Shown here piece by piece: positions 11,730 to 26,309 of a stretch of 64,000 nucleotides of DNA. Origin of the DNA: Vicugna vicugna (taxonomy: Eukaryota); the NCBI GenBank assembly GCA_013265495.1, contig MU057744.1, positions 2,059,370 to 2,123,369 on the forward strand, read 5' to 3'. The first letter of the stretch is position 1; every line of letters begins with the position of its first letter. Below the pieces are notes generated by a model, which saw nothing but the letters and a program-made list of their open reading frames with translations, had not been told where the DNA came from and did not search any database. The position numbers were made by a program, and so were the translations under genes.

Positions 11730-13372
11730 TGGATAGACATTCTGGTAACTCCCAGCGCTCTCAAACTCCTGGCATTCACACCATTGTATAATTCCCTCCT
11801 CTTGAACGTGTGACTTGCATTTCTCTAATAATTAGCAATACTGAGCATCTTTTCACGTGCCTGTTGGCCATCTGGATGTCTTCTCTGGAGAAAAGTCTAT
11901 TTAGGTTTTCTGCCCAGTTTTTGATTGGGCTTTTTTTTTTTTTTTTGGCTTTAAGCCTTATGAGCTGTTTGTATATTTTGGAAATTAGTTCCTTATTGGT
12001 CACGTCATTTGCAAATATTTTCTCCCATTCTGTAGGTTCTCTTTTCGTTTTGTTTATGACTTGCTTTGCTATGCAAAAACTTTTAGGTTTAATTAAGGAC
12101 CATTTGTTTATTTTTGCTTTTATTTCCATTACATGAGGAGCTGGTTAAAAAAAAATATTGCTGCAATTTATGTCGAAGAGTGTTCTGCCTATATTTTCCT
12201 CTAGGAGTTTTACAGTGTCCAGTCTTACATTTAGGTCTTTAATCCATTTTGAGTTTATTTTTGTATATGGTGTTAGAGAATGCTCTGATTTCATTCTTTT
12301 ACATGTAGCTGTCCAGTTTTCCCAGCACCACTTATTGAAGAGACTGTCTTTTCAATAAGACACATGTACCCCAATGTTCATAACAGCACTATTTACAATA
12401 GCCAAGACATGGAAACAACCTAAATGTCCATCGACAGATGACTGGATAAAGAAGTTGTGTGTATATTTATACAATGGAATACTACTCAGCCATAAAAAAG
12501 AATGAAATAATGCCATTTGCTGCAATATGAATGGACCTGGAGACTGTGATTCCAAGGGAAGCAAGTCAGACAGAGAAAGACAAATATTGTATAAGATCAC
12601 TTACATATGGAATCTAAAAAAAATACAAATCTTTTTTTTTTTTTTAATACAAATCTTATTTACAAACCAAAAACAAACTCACGGACATAGAAAATAAACT
12701 ATGGTTACCAAAAGGGGTGTTCTGGAATTAATATAACATACATACATAGCATAACAAACATAACAGTTTGGAATTAACTGATACACACTACTATATATAA
12801 AATAAACAGCAAGGACCTACTGTATAGCACAGGGAACTATATTCAATTTTTTTTGTAAATAACATATAATAGAAAAGAAAAAAATATGCGTAAGTAAACG
12901 TATAACTGAATTGCTTTGCTGTACACCTGACACTAACTTTGTAAGTCAACTACACTTCAACAAAAAACAAAGGTGAAAGAAAGTTTATCTCGCTGAAAGA
13001 CTCACTCGAGGGACTCTGTGTTGCCAGCTTTGATGAAGCACCTGACCACGCTGGTCCCACATGATGAGAGACTATGGATGTCTTCCCGGAGCTGAGGGCA
13101 GATGAAGCCAACAGTGAGCCATGACCCTTGTTCCCGCGGCTTCAAAGAAACGAAATCGGTCAACAATCTGAGTGAGAGGTATGTGACTCCTTCCCCAGCT
13201 GAACCACAGATGAGCTCCAGGAGTGAGCGTGGCCTTGCAGACAGCCCAGCTGAGCTGTGCCCGGACTGCAGACCCAGAGGGTCTACTGTGATACATTTGA
13301 TACACTGTGTCACTTTAAAGCCATCAAACATGTGGTCATTCATTCTGCACCACCGACAACAACATGCACAGT
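11730..13372 (+). mobile_element. MLT1 (MaLR) LTR split by an L1 insertion (pieces about 11730-11812 and 12968-13372)
   Basis: CTCCTGGCATTCACACCATTGTATAATTCCCTCC lies left of the L1. CCAGCTGAGCTGTGCCCGGAC...TTTAAAGCCATCAAACATGTGGT lies right of it. Confidence 0.65.
11811..12968 (+). mobile_element. 5'-truncated L1 with 5' inversion (minus-strand ORF2 piece 11811-12354, plus-strand 3' end 12355-12968)
   Basis: Minus ORF 11776-12129 gives L1 ORF2p C-terminal sequence (KAKINKW...EWEKIFAN...LISKIYK...[12 protein letters not shown]...IIREMQ). Plus-strand ORF2 end, 3'UTR and A tail follow. Confidence 0.9.
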
Positions 13373-13479
13373 TTCCCCGCTTCAAGGGCAGAAGAGCTGA
13401 TGTAATTTGGATGCCGAAAATTTTGGAATCAGAGCCATCCCAGGAAAACTAGCCTGCCTGTGCCTTTTCTGCTGTGTGT

Positions 13480-13910
13480 AACCCAGACACCAACCATTTC
13501 CCCTTTGACTGTCCCTGCTGCTCTCCACACTTCTCCACTCTGCCTTACGCCCCAGCGTAAAGTCCCATGTAAGTAATGGGGGCACCAGCAAAAGATCTGT
13601 TGGCTGGGAGGAGAGTGAATCCTATTTTCCTTTATTCCCTCCCTGACAGGTCTTAGCAGGTTAGTTGTGAGCCTCTGATGAAAATCATAGCCTCTCTCAG
13701 GTGATCTTTCCAAACAACCTTCTCTTCGGGTTAGGTCACCACCCCAACCCTTAGCCCCTTAAGCCTGGGGGTGGCGACGGCCCCCTCTTTTCTAAGCTCC
13801 AACATACTATTCCATACCTCACTGCTCTCCCTAAACTCTGCTTCCTCCTTTGTTGCTTTATTAAACTAACATCAAATTATCCAATTTGAGTGCGCCATCT
13901 GTTTTCCAAT
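13480..13910 (+). mobile_element. LTR33-like ERVL LTR remnant
   Basis: The 3' motif ATTAAAC...AATTTGAGTGCGCCATCTGTTTTCC and GGGGGTGGCGACGG resemble the recalled LTR33 consensus. Confidence 0.45.
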
Positions 13911-14313
13911 AAATAATGCAAAATCCAACAATGTTTTCTGTAAGACGTGGTCCAGAATTAAAAGTGGGATGTCTGCATGTATCGATTCTGAGTTGGAAGA
14001 AGGAGCCCTAGGAGGGAAGGAAGATGAGGAGAGGCATCAGATTGTTATTCATGGTCTGTCAATGGCTTTAGAAATAAGTGTGAACAGGGCATGTCGAGGA
14101 AGGGACAGGAGATGCCTTCCTGGGGATCCCGCTTTGTAGACTGCAGGCCGCGAGTGGGGAGCGTAACAGGCTTCGGTGGTCATCCAAGCCTGTGGGAGAA
14201 CACCGAATGCAGACTGGTAAGTGTTAAGAAGACAGGCTCTGCTTCTCCAGAGGCTCCAGAAGAGGAAGGTCCATCAGTCTGGACCGGCAGAGGCACAGAG
14301 CTGCACGGAGGGA

Positions 14314-14695
14314 TTTTCATTTTTTCATTTTTTGCATTCTTTTTAATTGAAGTCTAGTCAGTTACAATGTGTTAATTTCTGGTGCACAGCATAATGCTTC
14401 AGTCAGACGTACACATAAACATATTCCTTTTCATATTCTTTTTCATTATAGGTTATTACAAGGTATTGAGTATAGTTCCCTGTGCTGTATAGTAGGACCT
14501 TGTCGTTTGTCTATTTTATATACAGTAGTTTGTATCTGTTAATCCCAGACTCCTAATTTATCCCTCCCCTCCACTTTCCATTTTGAGTCTTTCTCTGTTT
14601 TGTAAATAAGATCATTTGTGGTTTTTTTTTTAGATTCCTCATATGAGTGATATCATATGGTATTTTTCTTTCCCTTCACTTAGAATGGTGATCCA
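14314..14695 (-). mobile_element. 5'-truncated L1 3' end
   Basis: T-rich tail plus AATTGAAGTCTAGTCAGTTACAATG; same 3'UTR as 7671-8223. Confidence 0.88.
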
Positions 14696-17600
14696 TAGAA
14701 GATTCTTTGATTCATGTCTTTTTTCAGAAGTTTGAAGCCAAATGTTAACATGCCATTGCTGAATGCCATGGGGAGTGTCCTATTTCAGTCATGTGCAACA
14801 CACAAGACGAGGCTGGGAGCCCTATGTGATTTTGAAGGACTCCGGCCTTTTAAAGTAAGTTTGCCAAAGATAGGAATGAGGGCAAGACCATCTTCAGACC
14901 AGCTGTCTGATGTCTTGGGAATCTGAGTAAACTGGAAGGATGCTGGGTCCACAGAATGAAATGCTGAGGGAAGCCGACTGGCTGGGAAGACGAATGTGCC
15001 GCCAAACTTGTGTGGGTGGGTGGTGGAGCCTCAGTCCCCGTCAGCGCAGGGGACACTTCCCTCGGGGCTCCCCGCCTTTCTGGGCATTGTAGGGTGTCTG
15101 TTTCTCCATCTTGATGTGCGCAAGCACCCTCTGAGACACCCTCTCTTCTCTCGGGTCCTCCGTTCCCCTGCATCACGGCTGTCGGCTGTCACCCTCACTC
15201 CTGGGCTGAGGTTCCCGCTGCGACTTCAGGGCCCCTCCCAGGGCACTTGGTGTCCCTGTGTCACCTCCCTCCACCCTGGGGCTTAGGAAATTTGGTGTGA
15301 CTGTCTTAGGACCACGTGCCTGCACCCTTCACTGCTGCCGTATTCTCTTCAAGGCACGTCACAGGGCCATCTATTCGCACAGTCATATGTTCCTCCAGCT
15401 CTGGGGGTTTCTCTCAGCCCTTACATTTTGGAAGCAGGTGTTAGGTCTCTGCTCAAAACCCGAAGTCCAAGCTCTTTCTCCCTCCCTCCACCCATCCTTT
15501 CCCACAGTCTGCCCCAGCTTGAGTGAACTTTTTATCTAGTCTTGAGACATGGAAGGCTTTCTCAGGCTCATCAGATGTTCTCTACGTCTATTTTTTATGT
15601 CTTGAGTTCCCTACTAGAGCTGAGACTTCTGAAAACTGAATGGCTTCCTCTGTGTCTGTTTGGCTGTCCCTCCTCTGAGGTCATGAACACGCATTGCCCG
15701 GATGCAGTAGGCAAGGAACCGGGGGTCAAAGGATACCAAGAACAGCAATCTTTGTTAGTATTTCTAACACGTTCTAGCACCACAGAGGTGTCAGCAAAGA
15801 TTTCGTTTTGGTAAGTTCAGACTCTCAACTCAAAAAAATACTCTGCACTAAAAATGGCATTGCTTGAGTGTGCAGAGTGGGACATTGCAGTGTCCTGAAC
15901 TGGAACACTGACTTGAGGTGATGCCACTGCGTCCTCTTCACATGGGGATCTGGCAGGCACCTTAGACTCAGAGCCCAAAGAGCTTACATTCATTGCTCCC
16001 TCAAAAAATCCCTTGAACAAGAATCTCCACCTCAAGTTCTGGTTCCAAGGACTCCAATGCAGGACAGACTGACGGCCATAGAAATAACAGCACCTGGAAT
16101 TGAGGGGGGAGCAGGTGGCTATCTGGCTGTGGCCAGCAGATGCGATCACTCAAGGGAGCGGGGAGCAAAGAGTGCCTTGAACCACGTCAGGGAGTCCTCA
16201 GGGACACGAGTGCTTAAATGGTGAGTTAACGAAGGGGTGATCATGGCAGAGATTAAGGCTGTCCACAGTCAAGTGCAGAGTAAGAGGGCATCGCAGATGT
16301 CCAGGGAGGAGAGAATTTTAAGGAGAAGGTTCAGTTAATTCACTTAAAAGGGAAGAGTAAGAAAATAAGAATTTACTCGACCGTTTATTTGGTGAGCCTT
16401 CCATGATTTTTGCCACTTTGATGGAAAGCTAGACCATGGAAGAAATCAACCCGATGTCAGATGAACCGTGCATGGGAGCTCTGGAAGTGGAGGCGGCGAG
16501 TGTAGACAATGGAAATGTTTTGTTACTTCTGATTTTTTAAGCATGGGAGAGACTTTAAGCAGAGGAAAGAAGCCCAGAAGAGAATCAGAACTGAAATTAG
16601 AAAAATGAGACATGGATAGGGTAGGACTGGAGATCCTGGAGGGTACTGTTGGGAACCCCACTCTCCCCGCACGGCGGGTCCAGCACGGCCCCTGTGGTAT
16701 CATATCCTATCATTTATTCATTTGTCAAGACTCCAATCACATAGAAGTTCACAACTTAGTCATTAGACTTCAGTGGAAAAAAACAGACACAAAGCAATCA
16801 CCAAGCTGGGTGATAATTGCTGTAAAGAGAGTAGAAATTGCTGTGGAATCACAGAGGAGACGCAATTGATTCTGATGGTGCAAAATAATTTGCAAAGGAG
16901 GTAAAGTCTGAACGAGAATTAAAGGGTAAGTCTGCACATGAAGAGGGCATGTTTAGATACAAGGACAGAGCCGAAATCTCATGAGTAATCAGTCTGTTAA
17001 GAAGTCTGCCCTGCGTGTCAGGTATTAATTCATCTTTCCCCTTGATACCTCAAAATGCAAACTCTATTTGGGTATTACTCTAAAAAATGCTTTAAAAAAT
17101 ATCTATGCCCAAGAACAGTAGAAAGAAGATAAAAGAAGGGGAAATGAGAGTAGTCTTTTCTCTTGGGAAGCGATCTGAAGAATTGTTATCTCGGGTGAAG
17201 CAAGAAACCTACTCCATTTACACTTTTGAACTAAGCTGACACCTCTGCATGCTGCCTCCAGTAAACAACAGGCAGGTCTGTAAAATATTTAAGCAACTGA
17301 CCGCCTCACTCAGGCATGCCTTCTGCAATCTCTTCTACTCTGAAAATCCCACTTGTGCTGAAAGTCCTCAGTCAAGTTTCAGATCTAACCTGCACCCTCT
17401 GTTGCTATCGGTGGTCTGCACGCTCACCGTTCTGTTTCTACCAGCACTTACTTTCATTGGTATTTTTAATACTCGCCTGTGCTTATGTGTTTATGTTAAG
17501 TCTCCCTGATACTGTGGCCACTGAGTAGATTGATTGGCTGACACCATGGGTGGTGACATCTTAAAGAATCAGATGTTAAATGTGTATTAATCACAGATTT

Positions 17601-17924
17601 CAATGCCATTGGTTTGAACGTCAAATGATAACCATTGCCTTCCCAGTGATTTGATGTGACTTAATTGTTAAAAAAAACAATCTCCAAACAAGAGTATTGC
17701 ACCCAAGTCTATCTTTGCGTGTGTGTGGTGTGAACCATTTCTTCCGTGATTTCTGTTTTCGATTCCCAAACCTGCCGGTTCTTAACTAATCATTCCTGCC
17801 CTCAGCTAACAGATCAGAAGAAGCAACACATTTAAGAAGCGGTCCTTTTGTACCGACTGGAATATGGAAGAGGAAAATAAACGTTCCAAAGTCTAGTTCG
17901 TATCCTCCTTACTCCTCACCTCTG

Positions 17925-18085
17925 GTGTGTTTCTTTCTCAAATTGAGTGTGCATGAAAATCGCCCGTGGTGCACATCAAAATGCAGGGATCTGGGCGAGC
18001 ATCTAGAATTTTCTTCTCCTTAACGTGGACGTAAGGTCTTAGAATCTGAAGTTAAAACAACGCCTCAGGGAATTCTGACGTGGTC
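17925..18085. mobile_element. MER5A-like hAT-Charlie fragment
   Basis: TTCTCAAATTGAGTGTGCATGAAAATCGCCCG...AAAATGCAG...AGAATCTG...AAACAACGCCTCAGGGAATTCTGA. Confidence 0.5.
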
Positions 18086-19600
18086 AGTTCTCAGCCCATC
18101 TTTTGTGGAAGTGGCTCCATTTAGTATTTCCTCTGTAAGGAACCCTGAGTGGACCCTCAAACCCAACAGACCATTTCAGCTGGGGGCTGGGGATCTCACT
18201 TTCAAAATCCATACAATTCATTCTTGATCTGAAGGGAGATGGAATCCTCAATGTCAAAACCACCTCTGAACATCTCACAACCCACCCACCAGGCCAGCGT
18301 GGCTCTTTACATCTGTGGCTGTACGTTGATCTCTGGCTCATAGAAAAGAGAATGAAGAACGTCTGTTGAGAGGAGATGAAGTGAACTTGCCATTGGATGT
18401 GAAGAGGCAGCTGAGATAATACTAAAGCCTGTGAGAGGCACAGTTCCGTCTGCTTTCCTAGAAGTACACTGCTCTAAAGAACTGCAAACTTCTTGTTGGG
18501 AAAGTAGATAAACTGAAAAACAAAATAGCCATTAGACAAAATGGTCTTAAATGGAATTTGAAAACCATAGATATTCTTAGAAATTCTTTCATAATTTTCT
18601 CAAAATCTCAAACTTTTTTCAGCCTGGAGGGAAGAAAGGTCATGCTGTGCCTTGAACAATGAAAGCCATCTTCAATAGAAAAATATTTCTAATAAGCAGT
18701 CTTTAGAACTAGAGGTACCCATAACGTGTTTCTGAAACCAGCACTGATGAATTTTAATGGTAAAATGATAAAACAATGCAGTATAATTCTGGATATGACT
18801 GTGTACAGACTCAGATGTACAAATCTCTTCTTTAGGTTAAGGAATCCAAAGTCACAGAAGGTATTTCTCTTCTTCTTAAGTATCTTTCTCACAAGAAACG
18901 CCTGAAGGAAACTTAGCGTGCAACATGTTAAATAATGCCGCAGGAAGAAGAGTTCTTTAGGGCTCTTCAGGGAAAGATTCCTTAAGTCCGGGAAACTGGG
19001 CAGACAGACATACACGTAACGCTACCAGAAGAATGGAGACTGGGTTTACTTATAGGTGAAAAGGGACCTGCTTGGAAGCAAACACACTTTTCAAATAGCA
19101 TCTTGGAGTACTGCAGTAAAGGGCTGTCTCCCTGGGCACAGTGGCAGAAATAATATGTGTTTACAGGAACTCACAAACTGCATTTATTTTCACAGCATCC
19201 TGCTGAAAGAGATCCTAGTGTGAAGAGACAGATGTTCTGTAGAAAACGTACACAGATGCATCACAGATGAGGGGGTACCCCACTGCTGGATCTCCCCTAT
19301 GTATGTGAGTCCCAGATTCCTGAACGATACACAGCCATGAAAACTTCTCTCCTTTTCATACATCTATCCCAGAGGACTGAACGTGTGGCATGTTCAACTT
19401 TAGAATGCAGTTACCAGGAAAACAGGACTTGGTTTTAGTCACACTTTAATCCCCAGCACCTAGAATGGTGTCTGGAATATGCTAATTGCTCAGTAAATAC
19501 AGGAGCCCTTGAATGAATTGCTGAACACAAAACCATGAGCTGTAGAGGAAGAAGGAGTGACACATAAAATACATCATATACATACATGTGTACCTACATA

Positions 19601-19970
19601 TCTCCTAATTTATCCCTCCCCACCATTTCCCCGCTGGTGACCATAAGTTTGTTGTCTATGTCTGTGAGTCTGCTTCTATTTTGTAAATAAGTTCATTTGT
19701 GTCATTCTTTTGATTCCACATATAAGTGATATCATATGATATCTGTCTTTCTCTGTCTGACTTACTTCACTTAGTGTGATAATCTAGGTCCATCCACGTT
19801 GCTGCAAATGGCATTATTTTACTCTTTTTTATGGCTGAGTAGTATTCCATTGGATACACAACTTCTTCATCCAGCCATCTGTTGATGGACATTTAGGTTG
19901 CTTCCATGTCTTGGCTATTGTAAACAGTGCCACTGTGAACACTGGAGTGCATGTGTCTTTTCAAATTAGA
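19601..19970 (-). mobile_element. L1 fragment (ORF2 end and 3'UTR)
   Basis: Closely similar to 7885-8223 and to the reverse complement of 12360-12720. Confidence 0.88.
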
Positions 19971-22235
19971 GGAGAAGACTCCTCCGAGTAGTGCTTTTTC
20001 CTGGTGAGCTAGAGCATTGTGACCATTATAGTTGCTAACAAGGCCGACAGCCAGCCTTCCTTTCACAAGCTCATCTGGGCGTCATTCATGCTCAGAATTT
20101 GCAAGAAGTCTCAGTAAGATTAATCTTACTAGGGGATGACAACTGACTTTTCAAGGAGACATTGCGGAGAAAGAAATACTCCTTGCCAAGGAAAGCAATA
20201 CAGACCTTCGGCTGGGAAGTGGTGTGCTATTAGCTAAATGGATTAAACAAACCATTTTGTTTGAAGAGGACAGGCCATGTCAAGTACGGAATCCACAAAG
20301 GATATTAAAAACATATAATGCAATTAAAATCACTGACTTGGGTGTGAGTAGGGGCCAGATTAACTTAAGGGAAACAGAAAACTTCATAAATCTGGATCAA
20401 GTGTTTTGGTCTCAACTTAAATAAACTCAGCTGGCCTTAGCAGAACATTGCAGCTGCTGGGGGAACGTGCTGTCAGGCCCTAACCACTGTAGTTTTTCTT
20501 CAACTGTGTATTTTGAAATATTATTAGATTTACAGAACACTTACAAACACAGTAGAGCATTCTCAAATACCCTCCCTGCAGCAGCTCCCTTTAATGTAAG
20601 CAACACCGTGCGTGACCGTGGGCCACGTGGTGTCAGAGCTGAGAAATTAACAATGGTGCGATGTGAGCAACTACACCTCAGACATCATTCAAGTTCCTCC
20701 CTCTTTCTCTTTCCTGTTTCTGTTCTCGATCCAATTTTTAGAAAATGACCTTGTACTTAGTCGTCACGTCTCTTCAGCTTCCTCCAGAGACAGTTTCTCA
20801 GCTTTCCTTAATCTCTGATGGTTTCGAAGAGCCCCTCAGAGCCAGGCGTGTCTTATGTTTTCCCCAGGACCAGACTGAGGTTATGAACAGCTCTCTTTCT
20901 AGAGTGAAATAACCCTGTATTTCTGGTGCTCTGCTGGCTGGCTTGAGGTAGGGTTTTGTCTTTTCCTCATTGTAATTCTTAAGAATCCAAACTTTATCTT
21001 TTAAGTTAGTGGCCTCAGAGGACTCATTTAATTTTCTTGAACACCAAAATCCACAAGAATATCTCTTCTGTGGGTGCAGTACATGAAATTTCAATAGCAT
21101 AGAGGTCAGAAGTGAAACAATTTGGTCATGAGGGAGAAGTCCACGTTCTACCGACTGTCTGATCAGGCGAGACGTTAAACAGCCTGTACCTACTTTCACC
21201 GTCACATAGATCTCCACTGTCAGTGATTACTGGACGGTCATGATTATAAAGCGGGTTATTTACAGCAAAGAAGGAGCTTTCCTTGCCTAGACGTGATTTC
21301 CCAGACACGTCAATAAACCACTTGATAATTTGCTCCCAAGAATTTCCAAAATAAAACAGAATTTAAAGAGATAACAATCGTTAAATCCAAACATCCTTCC
21401 CCAGACAGACAAGACACAGTCTCTCTCCAGGGACGTAACTGAGTTAAACTGAAATACGGTTTTCCGATGCTCGTGGTACTTGATTCAGCATTTTGAATGC
21501 AAATGGTTTGCAGGGATACAAAGGAAATAAGGCAGTAAATTTGGGGTTTTGAAGAAAACATTAAACCATAATACAGGCAACAACTCAAGGATTCAGAGCT
21601 GAGCTGATGACTTTTTGACATGTAATCAAGCGGCATGACTTAGGTGAGACACGGCTCTTTAGTCTGTCTCCATGCAGACATGCAATTTCACTTTCATGTG
21701 CAGAGAGGAAAAAAACAAGCCAACAAATGTGTTCCAGCTGCAGCGTGATCACAGAGTTGATAATGGTGGTTGAGCAAACTCTGTCTGGGGTGCAGGCTGA
21801 GGCGGGATGGGCCAGCGGGACAACTAGTCGTTGTGGTGGTTTTTCACTACTGTAATACTGGTGGTGATGTTATCATATTGTGGGGCAGAAGGTCTAAGTC
21901 CAGTCTGGACTCAGTGGAGATCAGTGAGGAAGTGGGGGCAACTTTGTTCACTGCTGGAAACACAGGGTTCTCCTAAGCTGCGGTCTGCACTGAACTCCGG
22001 GACTGGTGTGGTCCCTCAGAGTTTGGGGGACTGGCCAGTGACCCTGCTCCTCTGTGGCGAGACCTGTAGCTGTTCTCAGGCAAACTACTGCTCTAAGAGG
22101 GGGCTGAGCCTCTGCACACAGCAAACTCAAGCCCTGGGACAAAGGCCCTTCCATCACGATGTCTCCCCAAATGATGCAGGGTCTCTAATTAACATGGTCA
22201 CTGGGTGTCTACCAGAGGCAGACAGTCAAGACAAT

Positions 22236-22715
22236 CACTCGCCAAAAAAAGCAATGAAGTAATACCATTTGCAGCAACATGAATGGACCTAGAGATGATC
22301 ATAGTAAGTGAAGTAAGTCAGACAGAGAAAGACAAATACCATATGATATTGCTTATATGTGGAATCTAATAAAAAAATGAGACAAATGAACTTATTTACA
22401 AAACAGAAACAGACTCACAGACATAGAAAACAAACATGGTTACCAGGGGAGAAAGAGGTTAGGAAGGGGTAAATTGGGAGTTCGAGATTTGCAGACACTG
22501 ACTACCACATATAAAATAGATAAACGACAAGTTTCTTCTGTACAGCACAGGGAGCTATATTTAATAGCTTGAAGTAACCTGTAATGAAAAAGAATAAGAA
22601 GAAGAATATATGTATGATACCTCTGACTGAAACACTGTGCTGTACCCCAGAAATTGACACAACCCTGTAAACTGACTAGACTTCAATTAAGAAAAAAAGA
22701 AAGAAAGAAGAAAAG
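22236..22715 (+). mobile_element. 5'-truncated L1 3' end
   Basis: CCATTTGCAGCAACATGAATGGACCTAGAG...CTTCAATTAAG followed by an A/GAAA tail. Confidence 0.9.
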
Positions 22716-25700
22716 ACATGTGATCAAACCCTTGACGTTTCTTTGCCCTCCTCCCCAGTATTCCACTGCAACCTGTCATTTCTTGAAGCTGGCTGGCACA
22801 AACGATGCTTGCAGCAGAAATGTAACGAGTTCTGAAAACAGAAGGATCTCAACGTGCGACGCTAGGTTTTGTAACTTGTCTACAAGGACCATTTGTGTTA
22901 CATCTAATTTACTTTGTTTACAAGTCACATTCGGGTACATGGAACCAAAGAGGCTTTTCTCGGTTTTCATCCATCCACAAAATGCATGTGTGTGCATGCA
23001 TATCGTGTGTGTGTATGTGGTACAATTGGACTATATTTTTATTTCTGAGATTTTATTTGTATTTTAATGTAGATCTGCAACCTCGGGCTCTTGGTACCCA
23101 GAGATTAGGATCATGTCCATTCCTCCATGTCCCCCTTCCCCCCCGACTCTTCTCCCACCCTTGAACATCACTGTCTTGCATATGAGATAAAAGCAACAGA
23201 CAAAGTGAGTGAGTCCAAGTTTTAAGTGAATAAACATGTTACTCACTGAACCTACTCGGATGGCTGGACAGGCGAGAACATGACTGAATATCCTCATCAA
23301 ATAAGGTCAGCCGCAAAGCAGGTTTGGGCTGTTTTTCATGATGACATTGGTTCCTATGCTGTATAGTAATTCAATGTGAACAGTAATCCATTCAGATAAA
23401 TACTGATGATTTTTATTTCATTTCTACAACTTCGACCAGTGAAAATGAGGTTTCTCACAAGGTAGAATTTTTTCTCCCTTCTCTTTTCTCTTCGTTTCTT
23501 GTCTTCTCTTCCGTGATAACTTCCATTTACAAGGAGCCGACAATCTCAATTCTGAGTAGTTGGACTGAGAAATCGTCTTTGAGGAGACACGGCTTTTGCG
23601 TGGGGGCAAATCCCAGAGTTATTTTTCCTCCCCCACCATGCCCAGCGCCTCAGTATCAGTTCTGGGAGTGACTGGGACTGAAGTTACTTTAGTCTTCATG
23701 TCTTTTTATCCATGGAGCCTGGCAGTGCTGAGAAAGGATGGGGACCAGTAAGAGTTGCCCAGGGGTCTTCTGAGAACGGTGCTATTGGGCAGTGTGAGTT
23801 TCCAAGCTTCTGCAGTGTGTGGAATAGACTGAAATGGCTCCATCCAAAAGGACAAAAGGGACTTTGGGACAAAAACTCCCCTTGAGATGGAGAGGGTGGG
23901 GCGAGGAAGAGAGAGCTTGTGCCACATGCCTTTGATGTGGGGCCCCAGCTGTCACATGTGAGCACTGTCCCCGTGTGACTTGTGTGTCCTTGTCCCTGTG
24001 TGTGACCTGATGCTGGTATTTTCCTGGTCACTCTAGTCACCATCCAGTCACAGCTGATCAGATCTGAAGACCATTTTCTGGGGAATTTCCTTTTTCTCCC
24101 CCCTGTGGAATTGATCCAAAGAGACTTTTCCCAGTCTATGAGAATAAGGAAAGCTAGCCTTGAGGATAATAGGCAGCTGCTCTGAGACCACGAGGAACGA
24201 TTCTACTTAAAATGAGATCCAAAAACACTGGCTCAAAAAAACGAACAATGGTAGACTGGATGGTGGCCAGACTCAAGCTCTGGATTAGGCACTGAAATAT
24301 TTTCTATTTAAAGCATGGCTTAAGTCTACCTTAATGGGGTTTCGTTAATTTGAAACATAAAGAATCTTAACTGATATACACAAAAGTTTTCCTAAGCTCA
24401 AGCAAATAACCCTTAACAGTAGTTTCTTTAGTTGTAAGAACACATCTGAGAAAAGGAAAAATCACAGTCACAAGGAATATGATTAATACACCCATGGCTT
24501 AGAGTTGGGAGGAAAACTGAGAATATTCTCTTGGAGACAGTACATCCGTGCAAAGTGCAATGCAGATTCCCTCTCATGCGACCAGTACACGGGCTGTGCG
24601 TTCCCAGAGCTCTGTCGGTGGAATGACAAGCTCACAGAGCCAAGTTACGATGACTACCGCCCTGGTTTGGTGAGGACAGGGGGCTTAAATAGGAACTGAA
24701 GTGTTCTGCTCATAACAGGTGAGGGGTTCTAACTATCAACTAGCCTTTGACTTCATGTACCATTTTGGGATGTATTTAGTTCATCCCGTGAGTACTTAGT
24801 TCTCAGTTATCAAGTGCCTAGAGATACAAGAATGAAATCTGCGCATCGTTAGTGAGATGGTGGAGCGCTAGGGCTGGGTTCCAGCCAACAGAAGTACTGG
24901 CAAAGATAGCCCATCTGCTCCCCTGAACCCGGACTTTCCCTTCTGTGATGGTTTAGAAGTCGGGGTGAGTCACAGGGAAGAGTGAAAATACAGACTGGTG
25001 TGCCCCAAACAGAAGGCATGCCTTACAACCTCACAGGCTTGGACTCTTAATTAAAGCTATGGCGGGAAGGGTCTGTAATGTTGACTATCTCCTGAAAAAC
25101 TTTTTTTAGAAGTTGAAAGCAGGTGAATCTCTTCAGTGATTGTCGGAGTTCAGACCACTCGGGAGAGAAAGTTGCTTTTCTCTTTGGAAAACAGACAAGT
25201 TTGACATGGTAAACACTAGTTATGAATAAGTAATAAAAACTCCTGGTGGGAAAGTACGTATCTAGTATTATATCCTCCTGTTCCAACTGCCAGAGCACAT
25301 CTCTCTGATTTAATTTTAAATTTCATTAAAAGGACTGTTTCCTTAGCTTAAGCATTACTATCTGCAATAAAGTTTGTTCTGGTAGGCAATGCAAGGGAAA
25401 CTTTTTATTGCTGACTGAAGAGTTAGATTGAAGATTGCTAACTCTGGAGTTTCATTCTTAAGAAAAAGAAGAAAAGGGTTTCAACATTTTCATGACAAAG
25501 CAGTGAATTTCAAGCCTGGCACTTCCAGCGCTCAGTATAAACTTCCTAGCGTTCCATTTACCTTCATGATGGAAGCAGCACATGCGACTGCTGACACTGT
25601 CTAAGCAACAAGACTACCTGACAAGACACCCGAACATTCACGGGGCAGAGAAGCTTATGACTGGAGTCCTCACCTGCACCCCCAGCGGACCAGCTGGACG

Positions 25701-26309
25701 TCCCTGCACAGGGCACCTAGGGAAGGCCTCCCTGCGTGCTGGTCACGAGGCCCCGCGTCAGGATCCCCTGGGGAGGCTTCTTTCACTGTGGGGATATAGA
25801 AAGCTCACAAAGCTGTTGCTTCTACCCTTTAGATCATAAGGCAGGTAAGCCACCAGCTGCTTAAAAAAAAAACCCACCAGATTGCTGAGAGCAGAGACAG
25901 ACCTAAATAAACTAAACTTTAAGGAGTCCTAGGTCCTTCCTGGGAGCAAAGAGACGCAGTATTCCTTTCATGCCTGGCAGAGGGGTGGCGGAGGGAGGAG
26001 CCCACCACTAATGAGGGCAGGGAGGAACCAGCAGAACTCTCGACACACTTTTGGTTGACTGTGTTTAGGCCGGTAAGACAAATCAGAAAACTGGAGAAGA
26101 CCAGCCACAAACTGAGCTGCAGGTGCAGACTGCCCATCGCCTTGCACTGAGCGCGTGGTGCCAAAGGCTGAAGGCAGGCGGAGTTCCAAGAGACCCTTGG
26201 GGAGACTCCTATAGACGCTGAGAGGACGATAGGAGAGTGCTACGAGCGACTTCATGCAAGACATCCGACACACTGGGTGAAGCTGACCGGTCTCCAAAAA
26301 ACACAACGT

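Noticed and set aside
11776..12129. 117-aa ORF as a host gene
   Set aside because: It is an L1 ORF2p C-terminal remnant inside a truncated, inverted L1.
20798..21217. 139-aa minus-strand ORF in unique sequence
   Set aside because: No recognisable homology, no ATG at the called start and no convincing splice sites; the length is compatible with chance in a 64 kb window.
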